Origin: Mesotaenium endlicherianum
Lineage: Eukaryota
Assembly: GCA_009602735.1 (NCBI GenBank)
Contig: WELA01000930.1
Coordinates: forward strand, 62,001 to 101,805
DNA length: 39,805 bases
Reading direction: 5' to 3'
Below are positions 9,292 to 19,435 of the stretch, piece by piece. The notes below the pieces were generated by a model that worked only from the letters and a program-made list of their open reading frames with translations, did no database searches and was not told the origin of the DNA. The translations under genes and the position numbers were made by a program. Position 1 is the first letter of the stretch; each line of letters starts with the position of its first letter.

Positions 9292-9834
9292 CTAGGCATC
9301 TGTTTTGAGCTGGTATAATTCGCGGATATTCCTGCCCAGGCCATCGTAATCGAGGCCATAACCTACCACAAATTTGTTGGGAATGGAAAAGCAGCAATAA
9401 TCAATCTGTATAGGAAATACGGTGGCATCGGGCTTGTGCAGCAATACCGCAATTTTCAGGGATGCAGGTTGCTGGTTGCGTATCTGGGGCAGGAACTCAT
9501 TCATGGTCTTGCCCGTATCGATGATATCTTCCAGTATCACTACATGCCTGTCGGTAATATCGGTATCCAGTCCAATGGCGGTGATCACATGCCCGGTAGA
9601 CTTGGTGCCTTTGTAAGAAGCCAGTTTGATGAAGCAGATCTCTGCATCGATGTGCAGTTCCTTGAACAGGTCGGAAGCGAACATGAAAGAACCATTCAGT
9701 ATGGCAATGAACAAAGGCTTTTTGCCGGCATAATCCCGGTTCAATTCATCCGCCAGCGCTTTGATCTTTTCCAGGATCAATGATTCGGGCAGGTAAGAAA
9801 CAAAGGATTTATCGTGAACAGTGATCACTGACAT
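9292..9834 (-). CDS. hpt: hypoxanthine phosphoribosyltransferase
   Basis: ILNGSFMF, LEDIIDTGKT PRPP loop and FVVGYGLD. Confidence 0.95.
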   Translation of the reverse strand: MSVITVHDKSFVSYLPESLILEKIKALADELNRDYAGKKPLFIAILNGSFMFASDLFKELHIDAEICFIKLASYKGTKSTGHVITAIGLDTDITDRHVVILEDIIDTGKTMNEFLPQIRNQQPASLKIAVLLHKPDATVFPIQIDYCCFSIPNKFVVGYGLDYDGLGRNIRELYQLKTDA

Positions 9835-9840
9835 AAGCAG

Positions 9841-10929
9841 TTATTTAGAAGCTTTGGTTGATTTGACCACAACGGGACTGGCAGCGCGAAGGTATAATTT
9901 CTGACCAGCAGAAAGCCGCGCATCTTTTTTCAGGTTGTTATATTCCATCAGGCTTTCCATCCTCACGCCTTCTTTCTGTGCAATATCATAGAGGCTTTCA
10001 TTTTCGGCTACGATGTGAATATCGGTAGCGCCTCTTTTCATTTTTCTTTCCAGGAAAAGGAGTCTGTCGGTATCCAATACATCCATCTCGTTCAGCTCAT
10101 TGAAATCAAGCAGTTTACCCAGGCTGATATCGTATTGCCCGGCCAAAGCCAGCAGGGACGTGCCTTCTGCGGCATAGATCACTTTGGTATGGTTGATGGT
10201 AAAAATGCTTCCTGCCGGATAATTGGCGGGCCGGGCTTTTTTGCTTGTAACAGTTGTAGCATGTGTTACGCTTTCTGCCTCTGCATGTTCTTCCTCTGCT
10301 TTTTCTTCTGTAGCGGTTGTAGTTGTAGCAAGATTGATAGAACCGGGAACAGCATCTTCGGAAATTGCTTTAACAGGCGCAGTTGTATTAGAAGCAGGCA
10401 TTCCGTTTTTGATCCTGTCGAGGGCTACCAGGTTATATTTGTGCAGATCGTAATCGTTGATGAGTTTCAGCAGGCGCTGCGGGTAATCGCGCTCTGTGGC
10501 ATAGCCTGCTTTTTTCAAACCATAAGCCCACCCTGCGTCGTCGGTGGGATCGAGTTTGAAAAGATCGGTATAATAGGGCCTGTTCTTCAGGAAATCGGAA
10601 TGATCGCGATAGGATTCTTCTGCGGTTGCGTATACGCGAAAACATTCTCCACGCTCATCGTCATCGTGATAGGTTTTGGGACCTGTCCATTCCGTTTTGC
10701 ATTTGATACCGAAATGATTGTTCGATTTTTGCGCCAGCTCACTTTCGCCGTAATTCGATTCCAGTATGCCCTGCGCAAGGGTAATGGATGCCGGCACGCC
10801 CGACCGCATCATTTCGGCAATAGCCAGCTCTTTATACGTATTGATATAAGCCGTTGCCCTTTCGCTCTGCGACACAGCCACTTTGAAACATAAACCCAGG
10901 CAAACAAACAAAATCAGTTTCTTCATCAT
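9841..10929 (-). CDS. GH73 glucosaminidase with C-terminal LysM domains (peptidoglycan hydrolase)
   Basis: PASITLAQGILES, NNHFGIKC, AGYAT motifs. LysM-like HIVAENESLYDIAQK. Signal peptide present. Confidence 0.9.
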   Translation of the reverse strand: MMKKLILFVCLGLCFKVAVSQSERATAYINTYKELAIAEMMRSGVPASITLAQGILESNYGESELAQKSNNHFGIKCKTEWTGPKTYHDDDERGECFRVYATAEESYRDHSDFLKNRPYYTDLFKLDPTDDAGWAYGLKKAGYATERDYPQRLLKLINDYDLHKYNLVALDRIKNGMPASNTTAPVKAISEDAVPGSINLATTTTATEEKAEEEHAEAESVTHATTVTSKKARPANYPAGSIFTINHTKVIYAAEGTSLLALAGQYDISLGKLLDFNELNEMDVLDTDRLLFLERKMKRGATDIHIVAENESLYDIAQKEGVRMESLMEYNNLKKDARLSAGQKLYLRAASPVVVKSTKASK

Positions 10930-10931
10930 GC

Positions 10932-11570
10932 CTATTTCTTTTTTATAAGGAGCAAACCATCCCTGACGGTTAATAAAATTTGTTCTGTTCTGGGATCCTG
11001 CTTCACGTGCTCATTGAAAGCCTGGATCGCTTTGGCATTTTTACCTTTTATGGGTTCCTCCAATACTTCGCCATGAAAGAGCACATTATCGGCCAGTATC
11101 ATGCCGCGGTCGCTCAGGCGGGGAACCACCAGCTCGTAGTAATCGATATAGCCGGTTTTATCTGCATCGATGAACACCAGGTCCCATTTCCTGTCGATCT
11201 GGGGTATCAGGTCCAGCGCATTGCCTGTATGTAAATGTATCTGCTTGCCTTTTTCACTCCTGGCAAAATACCCACGGGCAGTTTGCGCGTCTTCTTCCCT
11301 TAACTCCAGGGTATGCAACTCACCATCTGGCGGCAAACCCTGTGCCAGGTAGAGGCCACTGTAGCCAACGAAAGTCCCTACCTCTAAAACGTATTTGGGA
11401 CGCAGAATAGTACTGATGAAGCTTAATAATTTTCCCTGCACATGTCCGCTCAGCATATTCGACTGCGGGTGGTTACGCATGGTAAATTCATTGATCTCCT
11501 GCATCAACGCTTCTTCCGGCGATGTATACTGCAGCGCATAAGCATCAACGAGGGGGGAGATCATATCCAT
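10932..11570 (-). CDS. SAM-dependent O-methyltransferase (Methyltransf_3/TrmR-like)
   Basis: LEVGTFVGYS, FIDADK and ADNVLFHG. Confidence 0.9.
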   Translation of the reverse strand: MDMISPLVDAYALQYTSPEEALMQEINEFTMRNHPQSNMLSGHVQGKLLSFISTILRPKYVLEVGTFVGYSGLYLAQGLPPDGELHTLELREEDAQTARGYFARSEKGKQIHLHTGNALDLIPQIDRKWDLVFIDADKTGYIDYYELVVPRLSDRGMILADNVLFHGEVLEEPIKGKNAKAIQAFNEHVKQDPRTEQILLTVRDGLLLIKKK

Positions 11571-11581
11571 TGCGCAAATAT

Positions 11582-13039
11582 CTATGCTTTTTGCTTAACA
11601 GCAGGGCTTGAAATGAGCCATAGGCCTGTAAAAGTGATCAACCCGTTGATGATCAGGAGCTCCAGTCCGATCTCAAAAGAGCCGAAAAGCGCTTTCTGGT
11701 ATTTGTCAATCACCAGGCAGAGCAATGGCGAGAGTATACAAACGAAGGGCACCAGCCGGTCCTGCACATTTCTTTTGAGCAGTATACCGAAAGTGAAAAG
11801 ACCCAACAAGGGACCATAAGTATAAGCAGCCACTTTCAAAATCACCCCGATCATGCTGCTGCTGTCTACCCATTTGTACACCATCACAAAAAGCAGGAAG
11901 AGACAGGCAACGCCCAGGTGTATGCGCTGGCGGATCTTTTTCTTTTGTGCGTCATTCCAGTCGTTACGCCTTTGCATACCCAGGATATCGATACAAAAAG
12001 AAGAAGTGAGTGCAGTAATGGCGCCATCGGCACTGGGAAACAGGGCCGAGATCAGTGCGATGATAAAGATCACGGATACCATTTTAGGCATGTGATTCAG
12101 GGCAATCGCAGGGAAGAGTGCATCTCCGGTAGCTGTTACTTGTTGCGTTCCGGCAAACAGGTAGAGCAGCCCGCCCAGGAAGAGGAACAAAAAGATCACC
12201 ACCAGCATAATGAAGCCAAGGGTAACCACATTTTTCTGAGAATCTTTCAGTGTTTTAACCGAAATGTTTTTCTGCATCATTTCCTGGTCCATCCCCGTCA
12301 TGGTAATAGTAACGAAAGCGCCGGCCAGGATCTGTTTTAAAAAGAAGAGCTTGCTGTGCGGATCGGTAAAGAATATCTTGTCATATCCTTTTTCCTGCAT
12401 AGCGGTCAAACTTTCGCCCACACCCAGGTGCAGGTGATTCAGGATATAATAAACACAGATCACAAGACCCAGCAGCATGCAGGAGGTCTGCAATGTATCG
12501 GTCCATACAATGGTCTTCACACCTCCTTCATAAGTGTACAGCAATATCATGGCCAGTATGATGAGTGTGGTGAGTAAGAAGGGAACATGAAAACTTTCCA
12601 GGATGGCATCCTGTAATATTTTTACCACCAGGTATAATCTCGCCGTGGCGCCGAGGGTGCGTGAAAGGATGAAAAAAGAAGCGCCTGTTTTGTATGAAAC
12701 GAACCCTAACCGGCTGCTCAGGTAATTGTAAATGGAAGTAAGGTTGAGCCGGTAATACAATGGCAATAAAACAAAAGCGATCACTAAATAGCCCAACAGG
12801 TAACCCAGGGTGATCTGGAAATAAGCGAACGATTCCCGGGCCACAGCGCCGGGTACGCTTACAAACGTAACACCGCTCAGCGATGTGCCGATCATACCAA
12901 ACGCAACCAGCATCCAGTTGCTGTTCCGGTTACCAATAAAAAAAGAATCGTTGTTGCTGTTTCTTCCAGTGTACCAGGCCACTACCAGCAGTATCAAAAA
13001 ATAACCTATAACAAAAGAAAAGAGCAGAAAGGGAGACAT
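11582..13039 (-). CDS. sodium:solute symporter (SSS family)
   Basis: FFIGNR, SGVTFVSVPG, GGVKTIVWTD and GMDQEMMQK motifs with many TM helices. True start is MSPFLLF (13039), not 13501. Confidence 0.9.
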   Translation of the reverse strand: MSPFLLFSFVIGYFLILLVVAWYTGRNSNNDSFFIGNRNSNWMLVAFGMIGTSLSGVTFVSVPGAVARESFAYFQITLGYLLGYLVIAFVLLPLYYRLNLTSIYNYLSSRLGFVSYKTGASFFILSRTLGATARLYLVVKILQDAILESFHVPFLLTTLIILAMILLYTYEGGVKTIVWTDTLQTSCMLLGLVICVYYILNHLHLGVGESLTAMQEKGYDKIFFTDPHSKLFFLKQILAGAFVTITMTGMDQEMMQKNISVKTLKDSQKNVVTLGFIMLVVIFLFLFLGGLLYLFAGTQQVTATGDALFPAIALNHMPKMVSVIFIIALISALFPSADGAITALTSSFCIDILGMQRRNDWNDAQKKKIRQRIHLGVACLFLLFVMVYKWVDSSSMIGVILKVAAYTYGPLLGLFTFGILLKRNVQDRLVPFVCILSPLLCLVIDKYQKALFGSFEIGLELLIINGLITFTGLWLISSPAVKQKA

Positions 13040-13112
13040 CTGTATTTGGTTTAAGTAAAGATAATGCACAAGACTATATCCAATTCTCTTACTTTGTTGG
13101 CAAAACCCTAGT

Positions 13113-13652
13113 ATGCAGGAGAAGCGAATAGCCGTTTTCTGTGGTTCGAAAAGCGGATCGGATCCGCTTTTTGAGCAGGATGCGAAAGCGTTGGGCAGGC
13201 TTATGGCCGAACGTAATATCACATTGGTGTATGGTGGCGGTAACAAAGGACTGATGGGCGCTGTGGCCAATTCGGTTATGGAGGGAGGTGGGAAAGTGAT
13301 CGGTGTGATACCCGAACTACTGCTGACCTGGGAACACCAGCACGAAGGCATTACAGAATTACATGTAGTATCCGATATGCACACGCGTAAAAAAATGATG
13401 TATGATCTCTGCGATATGGCGGTGGCATTGCCTGGCGGAAATGGTACACTCGATGAATTGTTTGAGATGCTTACCTGGAACACTTTACAGATACACAACA
13501 AAAAAATAATCCTGCTGAATACAGCAGGATTTTACGATACACTGGTGACACATCTTCAAGCCATGTGGCAAAAAGGATTCCTTTATGAGAACTGGCAGGA
13601 AAGACTGCTGGTATATGATACACCCGCAGCGGCCATCAGTGTTTTTTATTGA
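13113..13652 (+). CDS. LOG family (TIGR00730) nucleotide monophosphate phosphoribohydrolase
   Basis: VFCGS, YGGG.KGLMG, MHTRK and PGGNGTLDE. Confidence 0.92.
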   Translation: MQEKRIAVFCGSKSGSDPLFEQDAKALGRLMAERNITLVYGGGNKGLMGAVANSVMEGGGKVIGVIPELLLTWEHQHEGITELHVVSDMHTRKKMMYDLCDMAVALPGGNGTLDELFEMLTWNTLQIHNKKIILLNTAGFYDTLVTHLQAMWQKGFLYENWQERLLVYDTPAAAISVFY

Positions 13653-14235
13653 GATAAATGCCAAAGCCTGCTCTGAAAACGGGTAAGGGGTCGTTTGAAT
13701 TGTTATTGCGATATGGCGAATGAGCATCTTGCAGTACATCTATCATCAGGGTAATATACTGGTATTGCCTGCCAATGATTCTCGTACCATAACCCACACC
13801 CAATAACAAACTGCCTGCACCGTAATGAAAAGTGGCACTGGGTAACGATCCAGTCTTCTGTGAAGAATTGATCCAGTTGTATTCGGGCTGAATCTGCAAA
13901 TGGAGAAAACTTACGGGCCATATCCGTAAGAAAGTACCACCTCCAAAATTAAAATTCCTAAACCGGGTAGGGTAGTAGTCCGATGCGTTCTGGGAAAAAT
14001 AATTTACGTTAAGTGCGATACCGAAATCAAGCCAGTCGTTAAGGCTGTAACCAATTTCGGGGTTCAGTCCTACATTGAAAGACCCATTGGCAAAACCCAA
14101 ATTGAGGCCGGTACCCAAAAAAATGTTTTCTCTTTTGAATTTTCCTCTTTGTTCTGTTTCAGTGCTGTCTTGTGCAAAAAGCCCCGCACACAAGAGCAAT
14201 GTTAAACAGGTGATCAGTCCTTTTTTCATCATCAT
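13636..14235 (-). CDS. hypothetical outer-membrane beta-barrel protein
   Basis: Signal peptide, alternating amphipathic strands (NPEIGY, QIQPEY) and C-terminal FRAGFGIYL. Confidence 0.65.
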   Translation of the reverse strand: MMMKKGLITCLTLLLCAGLFAQDSTETEQRGKFKRENIFLGTGLNLGFANGSFNVGLNPEIGYSLNDWLDFGIALNVNYFSQNASDYYPTRFRNFNFGGGTFLRIWPVSFLHLQIQPEYNWINSSQKTGSLPSATFHYGAGSLLLGVGYGTRIIGRQYQYITLMIDVLQDAHSPYRNNNSNDPLPVFRAGFGIYLNKKH

Positions 14236-14262
14236 AGGATTTAAGACAAATCTACACCTCCT

Positions 14263-15684
14263 TTAATTGAGGTCGAATATTTTACCGGCGTTTAAAATAT
14301 TATTGGGGTCGAATACTTTCTTGATCTCGCGCATCAGGTGCAGGTTGGCTTCCCTGAAAACAGTATGGAGATAAGGTTTTTGTATCAATCCAATACCGTG
14401 TTCACCACTGATGGTGCCACCCAGGCTTTTCACCAGTTCAAACAAAGCTTGCAAAGCGGCCGTCATTTCCGCATTGCCGTGGCTGTTTTTAATAGTAGGA
14501 TGGTTGATACGAATGTGCAGGTTACCATCCCCGGCATGTCCGTAACATACGGCATGAAAACCATATTGCTTACCTAATTGCTTCACCCCTTTGATCAGCG
14601 CCGGCAGTTCGGCCCTTGGCACTACCGTATCTTCTTCAATGGTATAGCCCGATGTTTTCACTGCTTCGGCCACAAGGCGGCGCAGTTTCCACAATTCAGT
14701 TTTCTGCTGGGCATCATCGGCAAAAAATACTTCTCCCGCTTCGAATTGCGTCAGCAATTCGGCAATGGCTTCCATCTCGCCCATGAGCACATCCATATTA
14801 TTGCCGTCCACTTCAATGATCAGGTGCGCGGCTATATCATCATTCACCGGAACAGCGCTGCTGTCTACAGACTGGCTTACAATTTTCAATGCATCGATCT
14901 CTAACAGTTCCAATCCGCTGGGCACAAATCCTGCACGGAAAATAGCGCTCACCGCTTCGCTGGCTTTTTCCAAAGAGGCAAAGGGTACCAGCATCAGCAG
15001 ATCGTATTTGGGTAAGGGTACCAGCTTCAGTACGATCTTGGTAACGATGCCCAATGTGCCTTCGCTGCCCACGAGCAACTGCGTAAGGTTATAACCGGTT
15101 GAATTCTTCAATACATTGGCGCCCGTCCAGATGATCTCGCCATTGGGCAATACCACTTCGAGGTTCAGCACATAATCTTTCACCACTCCGTATTTCACCG
15201 CTTTGGGGCCGCCGCTGTTCTCGGCAATATTGCCGCCAATAAAACAACTGCCGCGACTGCTGGGGTCGGGTGGATAGAAAAGTCCTTTTTCTTTCACTGC
15301 ATTCTGCAATACTTCAGTGATCACACCCGGCTCGGTAATTACCTGCAGGTTGCGTTCATCTATTTCCAGGATGCTGTTCATCCGCTCACTCGAAAGCAAC
15401 ACACCGCCTAAATGTGGCAGTGCGCCACCACTCAATCCGGTTCCTGCACCCCTTGGGGTAACAGGAATATGGTATTCATTGCACAAACGCATGATGGCTG
15501 CTATTTCCTCCGTAGTACGCGGTTTCAGTACCACTTCGGGGAGATAGGATAAACGTTCTGTTTCATCATGACTGTAATGGGTCAGGGTCTCCTCATCGGC
15601 CAGCACAAACTGCTCTCCTATAATGGCTTTGAATTGTTTCAAATGATCGGTAGTCACTAATCCTTTCGTCGCCATAGCCTGCAT
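14263..15684 (-). CDS. FAD-linked oxidase, GlcD/D-2-hydroxyacid dehydrogenase family
   Basis: PRGAGTGLSGG, PPDPSS, GSEGTLG, GHAGDGNLH, SGEHGIG and DPNNILN. Confidence 0.9.
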   Translation of the reverse strand: MQAMATKGLVTTDHLKQFKAIIGEQFVLADEETLTHYSHDETERLSYLPEVVLKPRTTEEIAAIMRLCNEYHIPVTPRGAGTGLSGGALPHLGGVLLSSERMNSILEIDERNLQVITEPGVITEVLQNAVKEKGLFYPPDPSSRGSCFIGGNIAENSGGPKAVKYGVVKDYVLNLEVVLPNGEIIWTGANVLKNSTGYNLTQLLVGSEGTLGIVTKIVLKLVPLPKYDLLMLVPFASLEKASEAVSAIFRAGFVPSGLELLEIDALKIVSQSVDSSAVPVNDDIAAHLIIEVDGNNMDVLMGEMEAIAELLTQFEAGEVFFADDAQQKTELWKLRRLVAEAVKTSGYTIEEDTVVPRAELPALIKGVKQLGKQYGFHAVCYGHAGDGNLHIRINHPTIKNSHGNAEMTAALQALFELVKSLGGTISGEHGIGLIQKPYLHTVFREANLHLMREIKKVFDPNNILNAGKIFDLN

Positions 15685-15909
15685 CTATTTTTTTTGTAAA
15701 AATAGATGGTTAACAGGAGAACTGAAGGACGATTGACATTGTTTGCGGCAATTTTTTTTACAAATCGTTCAATTTTTCAACGAGATGCGTGCAAAAAACT
15801 ACAAAGCCGCTACAGTTTTTTTTGAAATTCTACAGAAATCGGTAAAAACAATTGATAAAGTCCAACGTGTAAGACCCACATAAAGAAATGATGACAACGG
15901 GCAAACACT

Positions 15910-15937
15910 TATTTTTGTCGGCTAACAAACGATTGTT
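15910..15937 (+). promoter_or_regulatory. pckA -7 box and downstream palindrome AACAA-N4-TTGTT
   Basis: TATTTTTG at 15910-15917 and AACAAACGATTGTT at 15924-15937. Confidence 0.5.
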
Positions 15938-15943
15938 CGTATT

Positions 15944-17548
15944 ATGCTCAGTACCCCCATCATGCTATCAGACAAAACACTGGTTTCTCTGGGTCTTGGA
16001 TCCTGTCGGTCGGTTCACTACCAGCTTTCACCCGAAGAGTTGACCGAACAGACCCTATTACGCGGACAGGGACTTTTAAGCGATACCGGCGCTTTGTGTA
16101 TCCGTACCGGTGAATTCACCGGCCGCAGTCCGCTCGACAAATTCACCGTTAAAGATGCCATCACCGAAAACACGGTTGACTGGAATAATTTCAACATACC
16201 CATCGAAGAAAAATATTTTCACCAACTCAGAAAAAAGCTGCTCGATTACCTGAATCGTCAGCCGGAAGTGTGGATCAGGGACGCTTATGCCTGTGCCGAT
16301 CCGGCTTATCGTATAAACATAAGGGTCATCAATGAGCAACCATCTTGCAATCTCTTTGCGCATAATATGTTCCTGCGCCCCGAAGAGCACGAACTGGAAG
16401 GCTTTCAGGCCGACTGGCATATCATCCATGCACCCGGCTTCAAAGCCGATCCTGCAGTAGATGGCACCAGGCAACATAATTTTGCCGTGATCTCTTTTAC
16501 ACATAAAGCCATTCTTATTGGCGGTACCGGTTATACCGGCGAGATCAAGAAAGGTATTTTCACCATCCTCAATTATATACTGCCACAAAACAGGCAGGTG
16601 TTGAGTATGCACTGCAGCGCCAACATGGGGGAGAAAGGCGATGTAGCCATTTTCTTTGGATTGAGTGGCACAGGCAAGACTACACTCAGTGCCGACCCCG
16701 ACCGCAAACTGATCGGTGATGATGAACATGGATGGACCAACCAGGGTGTTTTCAATTTCGAAGGTGGCTGTTATGCTAAAACCATCGACCTGAATGAAGA
16801 AAAAGAACCGGAAATTTATCACGCCATCCGCCCCGGTGCACTGGTAGAAAATGTGGGCTTCATCAATGGAACCCGCCGCATAGATTTTGCCAGCAAAGCC
16901 ATCACAGAGAATACGCGGGTATCGTATCCTTTGCATTATATCAGCAACGCACAGGAACCCGCGATGGGAGGCTTGCCTAAAAATATATTCTTTCTTACCT
17001 GCGATGCCAATGGTGTACTACCGCCTATCAGCAAGCTGAACCCCGGCCAGGCCATGTACCAGTTCATCAGCGGCTATACGGCTAAAGTGGCGGGAACAGA
17101 AGCCGGTGTTACAGAGCCCAAATCTACTTTCAGCGCCTGTTTCGGCGCGCCCTTCCTGCCTTTGCATCCCGGCCGTTATGCCGAAATGCTGGGCGAAAAA
17201 ATGAAAGCCCATCGCGTGAATGTGTGGATGGTGAATACCGGATGGACTGGCGGATGCTGTGGTGTGGGCAGTCGTATGAAACTGTCGTACACAAGGGCTA
17301 TGATCACTGCGGCATTGAACGGACAACTCAATCAGGCACAATACAAAGCGCACCCGGTATTTGGTATGATGATACCCGATGCATGCCCCGGTGTGCCGTC
17401 AGAAATTTTAGATCCACGCAGCACCTGGGCCGATCAAACTGCCTATGATGCGAAATGTAAAGACCTGGCCAGGCAATTCATTAAAAACTTTGAAAAATAT
17501 GCGGGAGGTGTCAGCGAAGAAATACTGGCTGCAGCGCCTACACCCTAA
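15944..17548 (+). CDS. pckA: phosphoenolpyruvate carboxykinase (ATP)
   Basis: TGRSP.DK, GLSGTGKTTLS, LIGDDEHGW, FEGGCYAK and ENTR. Confidence 0.97.
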   Translation: MLSTPIMLSDKTLVSLGLGSCRSVHYQLSPEELTEQTLLRGQGLLSDTGALCIRTGEFTGRSPLDKFTVKDAITENTVDWNNFNIPIEEKYFHQLRKKLLDYLNRQPEVWIRDAYACADPAYRINIRVINEQPSCNLFAHNMFLRPEEHELEGFQADWHIIHAPGFKADPAVDGTRQHNFAVISFTHKAILIGGTGYTGEIKKGIFTILNYILPQNRQVLSMHCSANMGEKGDVAIFFGLSGTGKTTLSADPDRKLIGDDEHGWTNQGVFNFEGGCYAKTIDLNEEKEPEIYHAIRPGALVENVGFINGTRRIDFASKAITENTRVSYPLHYISNAQEPAMGGLPKNIFFLTCDANGVLPPISKLNPGQAMYQFISGYTAKVAGTEAGVTEPKSTFSACFGAPFLPLHPGRYAEMLGEKMKAHRVNVWMVNTGWTGGCCGVGSRMKLSYTRAMITAALNGQLNQAQYKAHPVFGMMIPDACPGVPSEILDPRSTWADQTAYDAKCKDLARQFIKNFEKYAGGVSEEILAAAPTP

Positions 17549-17555
17549 AAAATAA

Positions 17556-17574
17556 TTGTCCCGTTGCGGGACAA
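17556..17574. other. short hairpin directly after pckA stop
   Basis: TTGTCCCG-TTG-CGGGACAA. Confidence 0.5.
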
Positions 17575-17610
17575 GAACTCGGTCTCTTCGATTGCTTTGT
17601 TTGTTACGCG

Positions 17611-17638
17611 AAACTCCACCACCTGGTGGAGTTTTATT
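17611..17638. terminator. probable bidirectional intrinsic terminator between convergent pckA and kinase genes
   Basis: AAACTCCACCA-CC-TGGTGGAGTTT with A/T tails. Confidence 0.75.
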
Positions 17639-18274
17639 TTAGAAAAGTCCAAACAACATGCCATCTACTTTGCCAATGATCTCTCCGAAATGTTCTTCAT
17701 TCTCTGCAAACTTGTTCTTGTCGCAGTCGATCACCAACAGCGGACCTTCCTTATAACTTTCAATCCACTTGTTGTAATATTCATTGAGCCTTTTCAGGTA
17801 GTCGAGACGAATATTCTCTTCGTATTCGCGGCCCCTTTTCTGTATTTGCGCAACCAGTGTGGGCACGGAAGCTTTGAGGTAGATGAGCAGGTCGGGCGGC
17901 TGCACCATTGTTTTCAAAGTCTGGAAGAATAAGAAATAGTTATCGAAGTCTCGTTTGCTCATCAAACCCATTTCATGCAGGTTGGGAGCAAATATATTGG
18001 CGTCTTCATAGATGGTGCGGTCCTGTATCACGGTTTCGGTGCCATGGTGTATATCGAGTAATTGATTGAGGCGACTGTTCAGGAAGTATATCTGCAGGTT
18101 AAAACTCCAACGCGGCATGTCTTCATAAAAATCCATCAGGTAAGGATTATGGTCCACGTCTTCAAACTGGGGAATCCAACGGTAATGCTTGCTCAGCATT
18201 TCAGTTAAAGTAGTTTTACCGGCGCCGATATTGCCGGCTACAGCAACATGTTTGGGTTTTTTTAGTTTGGCCAT
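17639..18274 (-). CDS. deoxynucleoside kinase (dCK/dGK family)
   Basis: AGNIGAGKTT P-loop, QDRTIYED and KRGREYE. Confidence 0.92.
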   Translation of the reverse strand: MAKLKKPKHVAVAGNIGAGKTTLTEMLSKHYRWIPQFEDVDHNPYLMDFYEDMPRWSFNLQIYFLNSRLNQLLDIHHGTETVIQDRTIYEDANIFAPNLHEMGLMSKRDFDNYFLFFQTLKTMVQPPDLLIYLKASVPTLVAQIQKRGREYEENIRLDYLKRLNEYYNKWIESYKEGPLLVIDCDKNKFAENEEHFGEIIGKVDGMLFGLF

Positions 18275-18306
18275 AGGAGTGAATGTACGAAGATTTTATA
18301 TTACCA

Positions 18307-19320
18307 TCAGGCGTAATTCATGCCTATGGACTGCCTCACCAGTTTCATTGTTTCAGCAGCGCTGTGCCTTGCTTTTTCTGCTCCCTGGCGGATGATCCGC
18401 GACAAAAGTTCCTGGTTGTTTTGGATATCAGCTGCTTTTTCACGGATAGGTGCAATGAATGCCGCCATGTCTTCTGCCAACTGCTTTTTCATGTCGCCAT
18501 AACGGATAACTGTATGGCCTGCGCTGCTGGCATTGTAATCATCTTCAAATTTCTGTACGGTATCGGGAGTGCTTACCAAACGCATCAACGTAAAGAGATT
18601 CTCTATATAATCGGGCTTAGCCGAATTAGGTTCGGAAGGTCCCTGGTCTGTTTTGGCTTTCATGATCTTTTTGCGGATCAAGTCTCCATCATCTGCCAGG
18701 TAAAGCGTATTCATCTGGTTTTCACTCTTGCTCATTTTGCCATTGCCATCGAGACTCATGATCTTCACCAGCTCACCCCCATAATTAAAAGCATAAGGCG
18801 CCGGCAATACTTCTCCATAACGGTGGTTGAACCGTTCGGCAAAATTGCGTGTGATCTCCAGGTGCTGTTCCTGGTCTTTACCCACCGGCACTTTTACCGC
18901 ACGATGAATTAAAATATCTGCGGCCATCAATACAGGGTAAGTGAGCAATCCTGCATTGACGTTATCGGGCTGCAAACGTACTTTGTCTTTGAAAGTGGGC
19001 GTTTTCTCCAGCTCGCCTTTGTATGCAAGCATGTTGAGATAAAGGTAGAGCTCGGCTATTTCATGGATATCGCTTTGAATGTAAAGCGATACTTTTTCAG
19101 GATCGAGTCCGCACGCGATGTTTTCAGCGATCACCCGGTGAACGCTTGCTTTCAATTCAGAAGTATCGGGGTGGGTAGTAAGGCTATGCCAGTTGGCCAC
19201 AAAAAAATAGCAGTTATACTCGTGCTGCATGCGAACATAATTGCGCATGGCGCCGAAATAATTCCCCAGGTGTAAAAAACCGGTCGGCCTGATGCCGCTT
19301 ACTACTACCTCTTTTGTCAT
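18307..19320 (-). CDS. trpS: tryptophan--tRNA ligase
   Basis: SGIRPTG.LHLGNY, YPVLMAADIL, VPVGKDQEQH and KMSKS. Confidence 0.97.
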   Translation of the reverse strand: MTKEVVVSGIRPTGFLHLGNYFGAMRNYVRMQHEYNCYFFVANWHSLTTHPDTSELKASVHRVIAENIACGLDPEKVSLYIQSDIHEIAELYLYLNMLAYKGELEKTPTFKDKVRLQPDNVNAGLLTYPVLMAADILIHRAVKVPVGKDQEQHLEITRNFAERFNHRYGEVLPAPYAFNYGGELVKIMSLDGNGKMSKSENQMNTLYLADDGDLIRKKIMKAKTDQGPSEPNSAKPDYIENLFTLMRLVSTPDTVQKFEDDYNASSAGHTVIRYGDMKKQLAEDMAAFIAPIREKAADIQNNQELLSRIIRQGAEKARHSAAETMKLVRQSIGMNYA

Positions 19321-19353
19321 AGGCTGCGAAGATAAGTAATCAGTGGTTAGGTC

Positions 19354-19435
19354 AGTTGTCAGTTGTTAGTTGTCAGATTATATATTTTGTACGGATATTT
19401 GTCTTTAGTCTTCTAACAACTAACAACTGACAACT
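19354..19435. repeat. heptamer-built inverted repeat, copy 2 (24-bp arms, 1 mismatch)
   Basis: 19354-19377 AGTTGTCAGTTGTTAGTTGTCAGA versus 19412-19435 TCTAACAACTAACAACTGACAACT. Same 7-mer unit family as copy 1. Confidence 0.9.

Noticed and set aside
10015..10893. 292-aa plus-strand ORF
   Set aside because: Entirely antisense to the glucosaminidase with no recognisable motifs, so a codon-bias shadow.
13040..13501. 153-aa N-terminal extension of the symporter ORF (639 aa in the track)
   Set aside because: It is the antisense shadow of the LOG gene. SSS homology begins at MSPFLLF (13039).
16076..16936. Long antisense ORFs over pckA (also 35051-35740 over tgt and 37327-37965 over gltA)
   Set aside because: Shadows of conserved genes with no independent coding signal.
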